Positions 1 through 7,206 of a DNA stretch of 32,000 nt are shown here, piece by piece. Below the pieces are notes generated by a model that made no database searches, was not told where the DNA came from, and saw only the letters and a program-made list of their open reading frames with translations. Location of the stretch: positions 29,317-61,316 of the forward strand of contig NYZT01000021.1 in NCBI GenBank assembly GCA_002687275.1. The letters are read 5' to 3'. This stretch comes from Candidatus Woesearchaeota archaeon. GTDB taxonomy: Archaea > Nanobdellota > Nanobdellia > Woesearchaeales > ARS49. The first letter of the stretch is position 1. Every line of letters begins with the position of its first letter. Position numbers and translations under genes: made by a program.

Positions 1-234
1 CTCGTTGTTGTGTACTGCTCCAAGCTTTGTGGTGTAGAATGCTACCTTGCATCCTTGTTCTGCTGCGGCTTTTGCCAGTCCTAGCGTCCACGTAACACCG
101 CTTGCTTCCACTGCAGCTGTTTGTTTGATTTTTTCTAGTGATATATCCTTTTCGAAGTAGGCTAGCACCATTTGTAGGGCTACCGGTCCGCAATCGTTTG
201 CTTTGTTTTCAAAAAAAGGTACGTCAATCTTCAT
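1..234 (-). CDS. C39-like papain-fold cysteine peptidase domain protein (N-terminal 78 aa only; gene runs off the left edge)
   Basis: Absent from the ORF track because no stop lies in the window. Reverse translation from the ATG at 234 gives MKIDVPFFENKANDCGPVALQMVLAYFEKDISLEKIKQTAAVEASGVTWTLGLAKAAAEQGCKVAFYTTKLGAVHNNE. The NDCGPxALxM context around the Cys is typical of C39-like peptidase domains. Overlaps the ferredoxin stop by 11 nt. Confidence 0.5.
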   Translation of the reverse strand, partial: MKIDVPFFENKANDCGPVALQMVLAYFEKDISLEKIKQTAAVEASGVTWTLGLAKAAAEQGCKVAFYTTKLGAVHNNE

Positions 235-463
235 CTTTCACATGGATGCATTCGGCAGGGCAGGAGTCTGCCGCGTTTTGGTTCTCATCCTCTTCCTCTT
301 TTTTGAGCTTGCGGGTTTCCTTGACGCCTTCCTCGACCTCTTCTCGTTCGCAGTCTTTGAGGTCGGCGTAGCCGTCATCGCTCATCTCCCAGAAATCAGG
401 CGCAACTGCAGCGCAGGCACCACAGCCTATGCACTTCCAGCGCTCGTGTAGAACGATACGCAT
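224..463 (-). CDS. Small single-cluster ferredoxin with an acidic insertion
   Basis: 79 aa. CIGCGAC near the N-terminus plus a distal C-P (SCPAECI) is the classic Cx2Cx2C...CP Fe-S ferredoxin pattern. Its ATG directly abuts the TAG of the upstream Zn-ribbon ORF, with GAGGT 5 nt upstream. Confidence 0.8.
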   Translation of the reverse strand: MRIVLHERWKCIGCGACAAVAPDFWEMSDDGYADLKDCEREEVEEGVKETRKLKKEEEDENQNAADSCPAECIHVKDED

Positions 464-589
464 CTAGACCTCTTCGTAGTCTTCGGCGCAACTTTGCTGG
501 CAGTTCTCGCATAGCGCGACTATTTGGCCTTCAGGGTTCTTCATCTTGTATGGAGCCCCTTCGATGTTGCATATATCGCAGTTATTCAT
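464..589 (-). CDS. 41-aa zinc-ribbon protein (below the ORF-track size cutoff)
   Basis: Reverse translation gives MNNCDICNIEGAPYKMKNPEGQIVALCENCQQSCAEDYEEV, with two CxxC pairs. A GGGGGT Shine-Dalgarno-like run lies 5-6 nt upstream. The start overlaps the adenosyltransferase stop by 8 nt and the stop abuts the ferredoxin ATG. Confidence 0.5.
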   Translation of the reverse strand: MNNCDICNIEGAPYKMKNPEGQIVALCENCQQSCAEDYEEV

Positions 590-1100
590 ATGTTACCCCC
601 ACGTCGCCCTTGTTTGAGGCCCGTGCTAGTATGAATAATAATGTACTGAGCCTATTTAAGTATTGTGGAGTTTGGCCTCTAAAACCTGCACTCCACACGA
701 TGCGTTCTGCTCTCCGACACACCGTCCTGGCGAGGTGCAAAAAACTGGCTTGCTGGCTCCCTCCAGGAAGGATAAACCCCTCCTGTTTGGGCATTTTTGC
801 CTCGTAATAATCAATATGCTCTTCTAACTCTGCTACGTGCTTGAGCTCGATGACTGGCACCTCCACCGTAACGTTTGGTCCTTTTGCCATCTCGGATTGT
901 GCGTGGAACAGCCGGTGCTGGATTGTTTCTAGGACTTTTTGTATGTGCCTGTCTTTTGCAAAACTGGCGGCAACGCCGATGGCAGAGTTTAGTTCATCAA
1001 TGGTTCCTACCGCATGGATGACAGGGTCTTGCTTTTTGACGCGCTTGCCCCCATACAAGGACGTCTTTCCCTCATCCCCACCTCGCGTGTAGAGTGTCAT
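582..1100 (-). CDS. ATP:cob(I)alamin adenosyltransferase, PduO type
   Basis: The N-terminus MTLYTRGGDEGKTSLYGGKRVKKQDPVIHAVGTIDELNSAIG matches the PduO/MMAB signature (TRxGDxGxTSL ... GxxDELN). I prefer the ATG at 1100 over the GTG at 1115 because TTTTAAAG lies about 28 nt upstream. Confidence 0.85.
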   Translation of the reverse strand: MTLYTRGGDEGKTSLYGGKRVKKQDPVIHAVGTIDELNSAIGVAASFAKDRHIQKVLETIQHRLFHAQSEMAKGPNVTVEVPVIELKHVAELEEHIDYYEAKMPKQEGFILPGGSQQASFLHLARTVCRRAERIVWSAGFRGQTPQYLNRLSTLLFILARASNKGDVGVTYE

Positions 1101-1122
1101 GCATCTACCATGCACAGATCCT

Positions 1123-1758
1123 TTAAAAGGAAGTCTGTAAGTTCATGATAAAGGGCATGCCGACTTCGCCGCACATGCATTCGAGGCCTACCTCAAACGT
1201 TCCTTGTTCTATGCCCATGGGGATGACGATGTGTCCGTCTCTTTCTGCCTCTTCACAGAGTTTGTGGTTCTCTCCGCGCGCAAGGCTGTCTGGTGGTGCG
1301 AACAGCAGCCAAGGTACGTATTCCTGGTGTGGCGCGAAGAACTCGTGGAAGCCACGAAGCACTTTCTGGGCGTGCTGTCTGCGCAGGTAGCCCACTCCTT
1401 TGGAGGATTTTGCCTCGCCAGCAAACACATAACCGTTTGCGAGAAACAACGCGTCTGTCTCGAGCACGACTCCCTCTTGCGAGTCATCAATCTTTGCCGC
1501 TCTGTCGTAATGCGACAGCCGCCTATACCTTTCGCTGCCGTTGTGTGCCACCTCCCAGTCAATCGTCGCGGTCTTGATGCTGTCGATGACCTGCCAGAGG
1601 TAGACCTCTGCAGCCAAGCCTCGTAAACTCGTGAAGGTTTGTGGAGGATCATCGAGGCCGCGGCTAAGGAGATAGTCAACGATGCCGTCCCAGTCTGGCG
1701 GAGGCGGAATTTGGCATTCGTTGCGGATAAACAGGACGGTTTCTTGCAAGGATGGCAT
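1123..1758 (-). CDS. Hypothetical protein with a PD-(D/E)xK-like motif
   Basis: 211-aa ORF. The segment ETDALFLANGYVFAGEAKSSKG fits D-x13-E-x-K of restriction-endonuclease-fold proteins, but the motif is weak and no family was recognised. It has its own TATA-like CTTTTATAC about 28 nt upstream of the ATG. Confidence 0.6.
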   Translation of the reverse strand: MPSLQETVLFIRNECQIPPPPDWDGIVDYLLSRGLDDPPQTFTSLRGLAAEVYLWQVIDSIKTATIDWEVAHNGSERYRRLSHYDRAAKIDDSQEGVVLETDALFLANGYVFAGEAKSSKGVGYLRRQHAQKVLRGFHEFFAPHQEYVPWLLFAPPDSLARGENHKLCEEAERDGHIVIPMGIEQGTFEVGLECMCGEVGMPFIMNLQTSF

Positions 1759-1789
1759 AGTATAGAAATCTTATACGGGTATAAAAGTT

Positions 1790-4741
1790 TTAGCTGCATC
1801 CGATGCTGTTGCCGCAGTTGAGGCACTTGTAGCAGGAGCCATTCCTTACGGTGATGTGGCCACAGCTGGGGCAGGAGGGCGCATCCCCCATCATGCCGGA
1901 TAGTTGGTTATCCAGGGCATCTGTTGGCTTTTCCTTGTCTGTCTTTGGCTGGTCTGCCTGGGTGGGCGCTTCGGGCGTGTGGAGGAAGTCTGTCCTTCCA
2001 AGATAGTCTTTGCCTAACAATCTGAACACGAAGTCTACCATGGAGGTGCAGGTTCGGATGTTTTTGTGGTCTGTGAGCCCCATGGGTTCGAAGCGTTGGA
2101 AGGTGAACTTGTTGACGTACTTGTCTAGGGGAACGCCGTGCTGTAGGCCTATGCTTACGGAGATGGCAAAGCAGTTCATCAGGCTTCTGAGGGTTGCGCC
2201 TTGCTTGTACAGGTCAAGGAAGATCTCGCCCAACCTACCATCCTCATACTCTCCGGTTCTGACAAAGACTTTTTGGCCTGCCACTCGGTAGCCGTAGGTT
2301 CTGCCCACTCTTTCTTGTGGCAGGTGTTCTTGCTTGCCTCGGTTGATGGTGGCCTCCTCTTGTTTTGTTTTTGATTGTAGGGGCTGGGATGCCTTGCATC
2401 CGTCTCGGTACAGCGCGATCGCCTTGACTCCTGTCTTCCAGGCTTCCATGTAACAATTGTAGATGTCTTCTACGGTTGCTTCGTGGGGTAGGTTGACTGT
2501 TTTGCTGATCGCTCCTGAGAGGAAGGGTTGGGTTGCTGCCATCATACGAACGTGGCCTAGGGCTTGGATGAAGCGTTGGCCGCCGCCGCACTTGTTGGCG
2601 CAGTCAAACACTGCGTAGTCATCCTGATGTACGTGGGGTGCGCCTTCGATGGTCTGCGCTCCGCCAACGTAGATTGCTGCTTCCTGGATCTGTGCATCGG
2701 ATAATCCCTTGTCTTTCAGCGCTTTTGTTTTTACGTGTGGCGTCCACTCGTCTAGGGATTTCATTTTTGCCACGTAGTCTTGGGCTTCTTTGATCTGTTC
2801 TTCTGTGAAGCCTAGCTCTTTGAGCTGGTCAGGGCTGATGTGCGGTGCGTTGTCAAGCGTGCCATGTCCTAGGATGTACTCGATGATGTCTTTGGTTTGC
2901 TCTTCGGTGTAGCCGAGATTGTGCAGGGCCATGCTGATGCTCTTGTTGACGATCTTGAAGTGGCCGCCGCCTGCTAGTTTTTTCCACTTGACGAGGCTGA
3001 ACTCGGGCTCCACTCCTGTGGTGTCGCAGTCCATGAGTAGTGCGATGGTGCCTGTGGGGGCCAAAACCGTTGTCTGTGAGTTTCTGTAGCCGTGTTTTTC
3101 CCCCATAGAAACGGCGTTGTCCCAGTCTTCTCTGGCTGCGTTGAGGAGGTCTTCTGGGCAGCTTTTTACGTCTAGGGCGTAGGCTGCGTCTCTGTGCTTG
3201 CGCATGACGTTGAGGAAGGGTTCTTTGTTGTCTTTGTATCCGGGGAAGGGGTCTACCGCTCTTGCGAGCTCTGCGCTTGTTGCGTAGGCTGTGCCACACA
3301 TGATTGCGGTGAGTGCTGCTGCGGTGGCTCTTCCTGCATCTGAATCGTAAGGAACGCCATTCACCATGAGGAACGTTCCTAGGTTTGCGAATCCTAGCCC
3401 TAGGGGCCGGTAGTCGTGGGTGTTCTCTGCTATTTTCTTGGTGGGATAGCTGCTTAGGTCAACGATTATTTCTTGTGCTATCAGCATGAGTCTTGCAGTG
3501 TGTCGGTATGCTTCTATGTCTAGCCGGCCGTTTTGGTCGGTGAACTTCATGACGTTTAGGCTTGCAAGGTTGCAGGCGCTGTCATCGAGGAACATGAATT
3601 CTGAGCAGGGGTTGGAGGCGTTTATCCTGTCTGCGTTGGGGCAGGTGTGCCATTCGTTTATCGTGGTGTCGAATTGTATGCCAGGATCGGCGCATTGCCA
3701 GCAGGCATCGCAGATGGTGTTGAAGAGTTCTTTTGCGCGGAATTCCTTGACTTTTTTTCCGGTGGTTCTTTCTACTGTGTGCCAGGTGCTATCGCTTAGC
3801 ACTGCTTTCATGAAGTCATTCGTGACTCGTACGCTGTTGTTGCTGTTTTGGCCGGACACGGTGCCGTACGCTTCGCCGTTAAAGTCTGAGGGGTAGCCTG
3901 CTGATATGAGTGCTCTGGCTTTCTTTTCTTCGTTTGCCTTCCAGGTGACGAACGTGTGGATCTCTGGGTGGTCGACGTTGAGCACGACCATTTTTGCGGC
4001 TCTTCTTGTCGTGCCTCCGCTTTTAATGGATCCTGCTCCCTTGTCAAAGACCTCTAGGAAGCTCATGAGTCCTGAGCTCTGGCCTCCGCCAGAGAGTAGC
4101 TCTCCCTCTCCTCTAAGTTTTGAGAAGTTTGTGCCTGTGCCTGAGCCGTACTTGAAGAGTCTGGCTTCGGTTTTTAGGAGTTCAAAAATGCTGCTTAGGT
4201 CATCCCCTAGGCTTTGGATAAAGCAGGCGCTGCATTGCGGTCTTGTGTACGCGTCGGTTATCGTGGTTATTTTTCCTCTGTCAAAATCCCATGCGTAGTT
4301 CTCGCTGCTTCCTTTGATGCCGTACTCGTGGTACAATCCACAGTTGAACCATACCGGGCTGTTGAAGGCTGCTTTTTGGTTGATTAATATGTGGAGGAGT
4401 TCGTTCTCGAAGGTTTGGGCGTCATCTTTGGTGGCAAAATATCCTTTCTCTTCTCCAAACACGCGGATGGTGTGCGCCACCCTCCAGGTGACTTGTTTCG
4501 CGCTTGTCTCTGCGCCACCGTTGACTCCTGCCTTTCTGCAGTACTTGCTTGATAATATGTCTGTGGCTAGCTGTGACCAGGACGTCGGCACCTCTATGTC
4601 TTGCATCTCAAAAACGACCGTGCCGTCTGGTTCTGTTATGACAGTGCTTCGCTTAACGTACTCTAGCTCCTCAAACGGGTTGGGGGTTGCTAGGAGTGGC
4701 TTAACACGTATGCCTTGTTTAGATCTTAATCTTTGCTCCAT
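1790..4741 (-). CDS. nrdJ: Class II adenosylcobalamin-dependent ribonucleotide reductase
   Basis: 983 aa. Typical NrdJ N-terminus (VPTSWSQLATDILSSKYCRKAG) and core motifs (NPCSEFMFLDDSACNLASLN, TVLAPTGTIA). C-terminal CxxC...CxxC tail (CPSCGHITVRNGSCYKCLNCG) as in archaeal and Thermotoga-type class II enzymes. No intein-sized insertion. Confidence 0.95.
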   Translation of the reverse strand: MEQRLRSKQGIRVKPLLATPNPFEELEYVKRSTVITEPDGTVVFEMQDIEVPTSWSQLATDILSSKYCRKAGVNGGAETSAKQVTWRVAHTIRVFGEEKGYFATKDDAQTFENELLHILINQKAAFNSPVWFNCGLYHEYGIKGSSENYAWDFDRGKITTITDAYTRPQCSACFIQSLGDDLSSIFELLKTEARLFKYGSGTGTNFSKLRGEGELLSGGGQSSGLMSFLEVFDKGAGSIKSGGTTRRAAKMVVLNVDHPEIHTFVTWKANEEKKARALISAGYPSDFNGEAYGTVSGQNSNNSVRVTNDFMKAVLSDSTWHTVERTTGKKVKEFRAKELFNTICDACWQCADPGIQFDTTINEWHTCPNADRINASNPCSEFMFLDDSACNLASLNVMKFTDQNGRLDIEAYRHTARLMLIAQEIIVDLSSYPTKKIAENTHDYRPLGLGFANLGTFLMVNGVPYDSDAGRATAAALTAIMCGTAYATSAELARAVDPFPGYKDNKEPFLNVMRKHRDAAYALDVKSCPEDLLNAAREDWDNAVSMGEKHGYRNSQTTVLAPTGTIALLMDCDTTGVEPEFSLVKWKKLAGGGHFKIVNKSISMALHNLGYTEEQTKDIIEYILGHGTLDNAPHISPDQLKELGFTEEQIKEAQDYVAKMKSLDEWTPHVKTKALKDKGLSDAQIQEAAIYVGGAQTIEGAPHVHQDDYAVFDCANKCGGGQRFIQALGHVRMMAATQPFLSGAISKTVNLPHEATVEDIYNCYMEAWKTGVKAIALYRDGCKASQPLQSKTKQEEATINRGKQEHLPQERVGRTYGYRVAGQKVFVRTGEYEDGRLGEIFLDLYKQGATLRSLMNCFAISVSIGLQHGVPLDKYVNKFTFQRFEPMGLTDHKNIRTCTSMVDFVFRLLGKDYLGRTDFLHTPEAPTQADQPKTDKEKPTDALDNQLSGMMGDAPSCPSCGHITVRNGSCYKCLNCGNSIGCS

Positions 4742-5186
4742 CTTTCTTTAACTCTGTAATCGTCCGGACGAATTGTGTTGGGTCTTTAAACTTTTTGTAT
4801 ACGGAGGCAAAGCGCACGTACGCTACCTCGTCTAGACTTCGTAGTTCTTCCATCACTAACTCTCCGACTGTCTTGCTCTTGATCTGTTGCTTGTTCATGG
4901 CCAGGATCTTGCTTTCGATCCTGTCTGTCGCCTTGTCAATGCGTTCTTGGCTTATCCCTCGTTTTTCTAGGGCTAGCTCCATGCCTTTGAGGATCTTGGA
5001 ACGGTCGAACAACTCTCTTTCGGCCCCTCTCTTGACGATGAAGACGTCGGTTCTTACTATGCGTTCGTAGGTCGTCCATCGTTTTTTGCATGTCAGACAC
5101 TCTCGTCGACGTCTTGTCTCATTGTCTGGCGTGCGCCTGCTCTCTAGAACTTTGGTTTTTTCCTTGAGGCAGTACGGGCAGCGCAT
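4719..5186 (-). CDS. nrdR: NrdR-type transcriptional repressor (Zn ribbon + ATP-cone)
   Basis: MRCPYCLKEKTKVLESRRTPDNETRRRRECLTCKKRWTTYERI is the NrdR zinc-ribbon signature. It is followed by an ATP-cone-like region (VIKRDGxxExFDRxKI type). The 3' end overlaps the nrdJ start by 23 nt. Confidence 0.9.
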   Translation of the reverse strand: MRCPYCLKEKTKVLESRRTPDNETRRRRECLTCKKRWTTYERIVRTDVFIVKRGAERELFDRSKILKGMELALEKRGISQERIDKATDRIESKILAMNKQQIKSKTVGELVMEELRSLDEVAYVRFASVYKKFKDPTQFVRTITELKKDGAKIKI

Positions 5187-5341
5187 TTTGGTCGTTTTAT
5201 CGTCGTAAGCACCACATATGGGGCTTTTTGTCTTCTCGACGACACTAGGACAGAGATCATAACTTCCTTATATAGTTTGCTGTTTTCAAGAAGTGTAATC
5301 GGGAGCACAACCCATTTATACCCCCGACTATTCTTGGCAGT

Positions 5342-5953
5342 ATGAAGAGCGAACGCATCAAGCCCATCGTCGGAAGTGCCCTGCACAAGATTCTTGGCGT
5401 ACACGTCTCCGAGCTAGAGCAGGACGTCAGCGATAGGTTGACCAGGCCTCTTCTTCCTGCGCCCATCGACACGTCGCTGCCCTATCGTGAGGCCAAGCAA
5501 TTATTCCGGAAGGTGTTCTTGACCGCGCTCATCCAGAGACATCTTGGCAACATCAGCGAGGTGGCAGAGGTAGCTGGCGTGAAGCGGGAGACCGTCCACA
5601 GAATGATCAAGCAGTTGAAGATCGAGGTGGATAGCCTACGCAACCACCCAGCAAAGGCGTACGAGCGGGACAACCTCGTCCAAGATGTTGTCCAAAAAAC
5701 CATACGCAAATACGAGCCTGCGCTGAACCCTGCAAAAGTGCGCCTGCTGTACGATAACGTCCCAGACATCAGCAAGCAGTTGGTGAAGGAGTTGCCTGAG
5801 GAATGGGATCTTGAGCACGCAGAGGCAGAATGGGAGAAGGCATTCTTTGCCAAGGCGCTAGACCAGCACGACCACAACGTGAGCAAGACCGCACGAGCCC
5901 TCAAGATAAGGTATGAGACCCTGCACAGGAAGCTGAAGTCTTTAGGAATGTGA
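5342..5953 (+). CDS. DNA-binding protein with two Fis-type (HTH_8-like) helix-turn-helix domains
   Basis: Two internal copies of the NtrC/Fis C-terminal pattern: REAKQLFRKVFLTALIQRHLGNISEVAEVAGVKRETVHRMIKQLKI and HAEAEWEKAFFAKALDQHDHNVSKTARALKIRYETLHRKLKSLGM. ATTTATAC lies 28 nt upstream of the ATG. Confidence 0.8.
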   Translation: MKSERIKPIVGSALHKILGVHVSELEQDVSDRLTRPLLPAPIDTSLPYREAKQLFRKVFLTALIQRHLGNISEVAEVAGVKRETVHRMIKQLKIEVDSLRNHPAKAYERDNLVQDVVQKTIRKYEPALNPAKVRLLYDNVPDISKQLVKELPEEWDLEHAEAEWEKAFFAKALDQHDHNVSKTARALKIRYETLHRKLKSLGM

Positions 5954-5987
5954 ATAGGTTTTTAAGTCGACACCGTATCAATAATTC

Positions 5988-6593
5988 ATGCCTAGGATAA
6001 TCATCCTTGATGTTGATACCGAGATAAGATCCACGTTTCGCGAGGCTCTAGAAAAAGCAGGACACGAGTGCATTAGCGAAGGCATCCCTGGCGACATGAG
6101 CGTGCTAGACATGAATCCCGATCTAGTCATTACCGGAACCAAAATTAGCACCGGCGCTCCAAGAGACAATTCCTATAACATGGCTGTTCCCTACGCAGCA
6201 CAAGGACAAGGCATACCCTACCTCATTGTTTCTACCGATGGCGTAAGACGCCGAGAAGAACATGAAAATATGACGCCCCACATTCTCGACAAACCCATCG
6301 AACCTGACGTACTTATCCAGTGCGTTGAGAACCGCGTCGGCAAGTTCAACGCATTCTACACCGATTCCCTACCTGAAGTACTAGCATGCGACGATTACCA
6401 AGCCAAGCTCGCCCTGGAAAAGGGCCAGATAGCCAGAGTGACCCAGGCAAGAGACATAGGCGAAGCTCGCAACCTTATCAGAAGAGGAGGGTTTACCCTC
6501 TACATTGCAAGTTGTGAAAGCGCGGTGTGGGATCATGAAGAAATTGCACGAGAGGCAGACGTACCTGCCATAATCCACAAAATAAAAAAATAG
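5988..6593 (+). CDS. Receiver-like (CheY-fold) protein with a degenerate phospho-acceptor plus a C-terminal domain paralogous to 7580..8302
   Basis: IIILDVD (acidic pocket), DLVITG where DxxxxD is expected (acceptor Asp replaced), YLIVSTDG and ILDKPIEP (the T/S and K-P positions). The C-terminal RVGKFNAFYTDSLP aligns with RIGQFDTMYESGLP of the 7580 protein. Confidence 0.7.
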   Translation: MPRIIILDVDTEIRSTFREALEKAGHECISEGIPGDMSVLDMNPDLVITGTKISTGAPRDNSYNMAVPYAAQGQGIPYLIVSTDGVRRREEHENMTPHILDKPIEPDVLIQCVENRVGKFNAFYTDSLPEVLACDDYQAKLALEKGQIARVTQARDIGEARNLIRRGGFTLYIASCESAVWDHEEIAREADVPAIIHKIKK

Positions 6594-6598
6594 GGTCG

Positions 6599-6757
6599 CT
6601 AGCCCTCTCCTAATTCCTGCATTTTTTCCTCCACAGCCTTTGATTCGTTCTCTAGCTGGTCTCTGTAGTCCTTCAACATATCTACTCTTTCTTTCTTCGT
6701 GAAGAAAGACCTTTTTCCACAAGGGCTCCTGCACTTTTCTGGGCAACACGTTTCCAT
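6599..6757 (-). CDS. 52-aa Cys-rich plus coiled-coil small protein (not in the ORF track)
   Basis: METCCPEKCRSPCGKRSFFTKKERVDMLKDYRDQLENESKAVEEKMQELGEG. GGAGGTGG lies 6-7 nt upstream of this ATG. The overlapping 126-aa track ORF starts 4 nt upstream, too close to the SD, and runs antisense into the neighbouring gene. The fold is reminiscent of DUF5320-type small proteins; that is from memory and unverified. Confidence 0.5.
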   Translation of the reverse strand: METCCPEKCRSPCGKRSFFTKKERVDMLKDYRDQLENESKAVEEKMQELGEG

Positions 6758-6773
6758 GCATACCACCTCCTAC

Positions 6774-6844
6774 TATCGGGTATACGATAGAAGTATATAA
6801 ATATATCGGTTATGCGATATCCACGTTCTATTGGATACGCGATA
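6774..6844. promoter_or_regulatory. Three TATCG-N6-CGATA inverted-repeat operators in the divergent PadR / small-ORF promoter
   Basis: O1 6774-6789 TATCGGGTATACGATA. O2 6804-6819 TATCGGTTATGCGATA. O3 6829-6844 TATTGGATACGCGATA (one mismatch). They are interleaved with TATA elements at 6792-6806 (minus-strand gene) and 6848-6855 (PadR gene). Confidence 0.55.
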
Positions 6845-6875
6845 CACTTATATATCCCCAAAACATCCCAACCCT

Positions 6876-7172
6876 ATGAAGAAGTGCTGCGACATGAAAG
6901 GCATGCTCAGCTTTCTTTGTCTACGCTTGATCAGCAAGCAAGCGATGTCAGGGGAAGACATCAGAAAAGCGCTAGAGCAGAGAAAGGGATCAAGACCGAG
7001 CCCCGGCACCATCTATCCCGTGCTCAAAAGCCTCCAGAACTCAGGCTGGATCATTATTATTAGCAAAGGTAAAGAGAAAAAGTACGAGCTCACCACCAAG
7101 GGAAAGCTCGCCACCAAAGAAGCCACCAGAAAGTTCGTACGCATGTTCTGCGACATGAAAAGCGAGTTTTAG
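6876..7172 (+). CDS. PadR-family winged-helix transcriptional regulator
   Basis: MKKCCDMKGMLSFLCLRLISKQAMSGEDIRKALEQRKGSRPSPGTIYPVLKSLQNSGWI...KKYELTTKG matches PadR hallmarks (SPGTIYPxLxxLexxGxI, YxLTxKG). I chose the start at 6876 because TTATATAT lies 28 nt upstream and the 6831 ATG sits inside operator O3. Confidence 0.85.
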   Translation: MKKCCDMKGMLSFLCLRLISKQAMSGEDIRKALEQRKGSRPSPGTIYPVLKSLQNSGWIIIISKGKEKKYELTTKGKLATKEATRKFVRMFCDMKSEF

Positions 7173-7206
7173 AAAAGTTTAAGAATAACTTCCCTACACC
7201 AAGCGG

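Noticed and set aside
5187-5341. Possible NrdR boxes upstream of nrdR-nrdJ
   Set aside because: The best candidates (CCACATATGGGG at 5212-5223 and the region around CTTATATAG at 5267-5275) match the 16-bp consensus at about 10 of 16 positions or fewer and miss the key C4/G13 positions. The second is more simply a TATA box. I have not called either as a feature.
6381-6761. 126-aa track ORF on the minus strand
   Set aside because: Its ATG is only 2-3 nt from the SD, two-thirds of it runs antisense through the 3' end of 5988..6593, and its sequence is Arg/Gly-rich junk. The 52-aa frame starting 4 nt downstream fits the SD and stops before the neighbouring gene.
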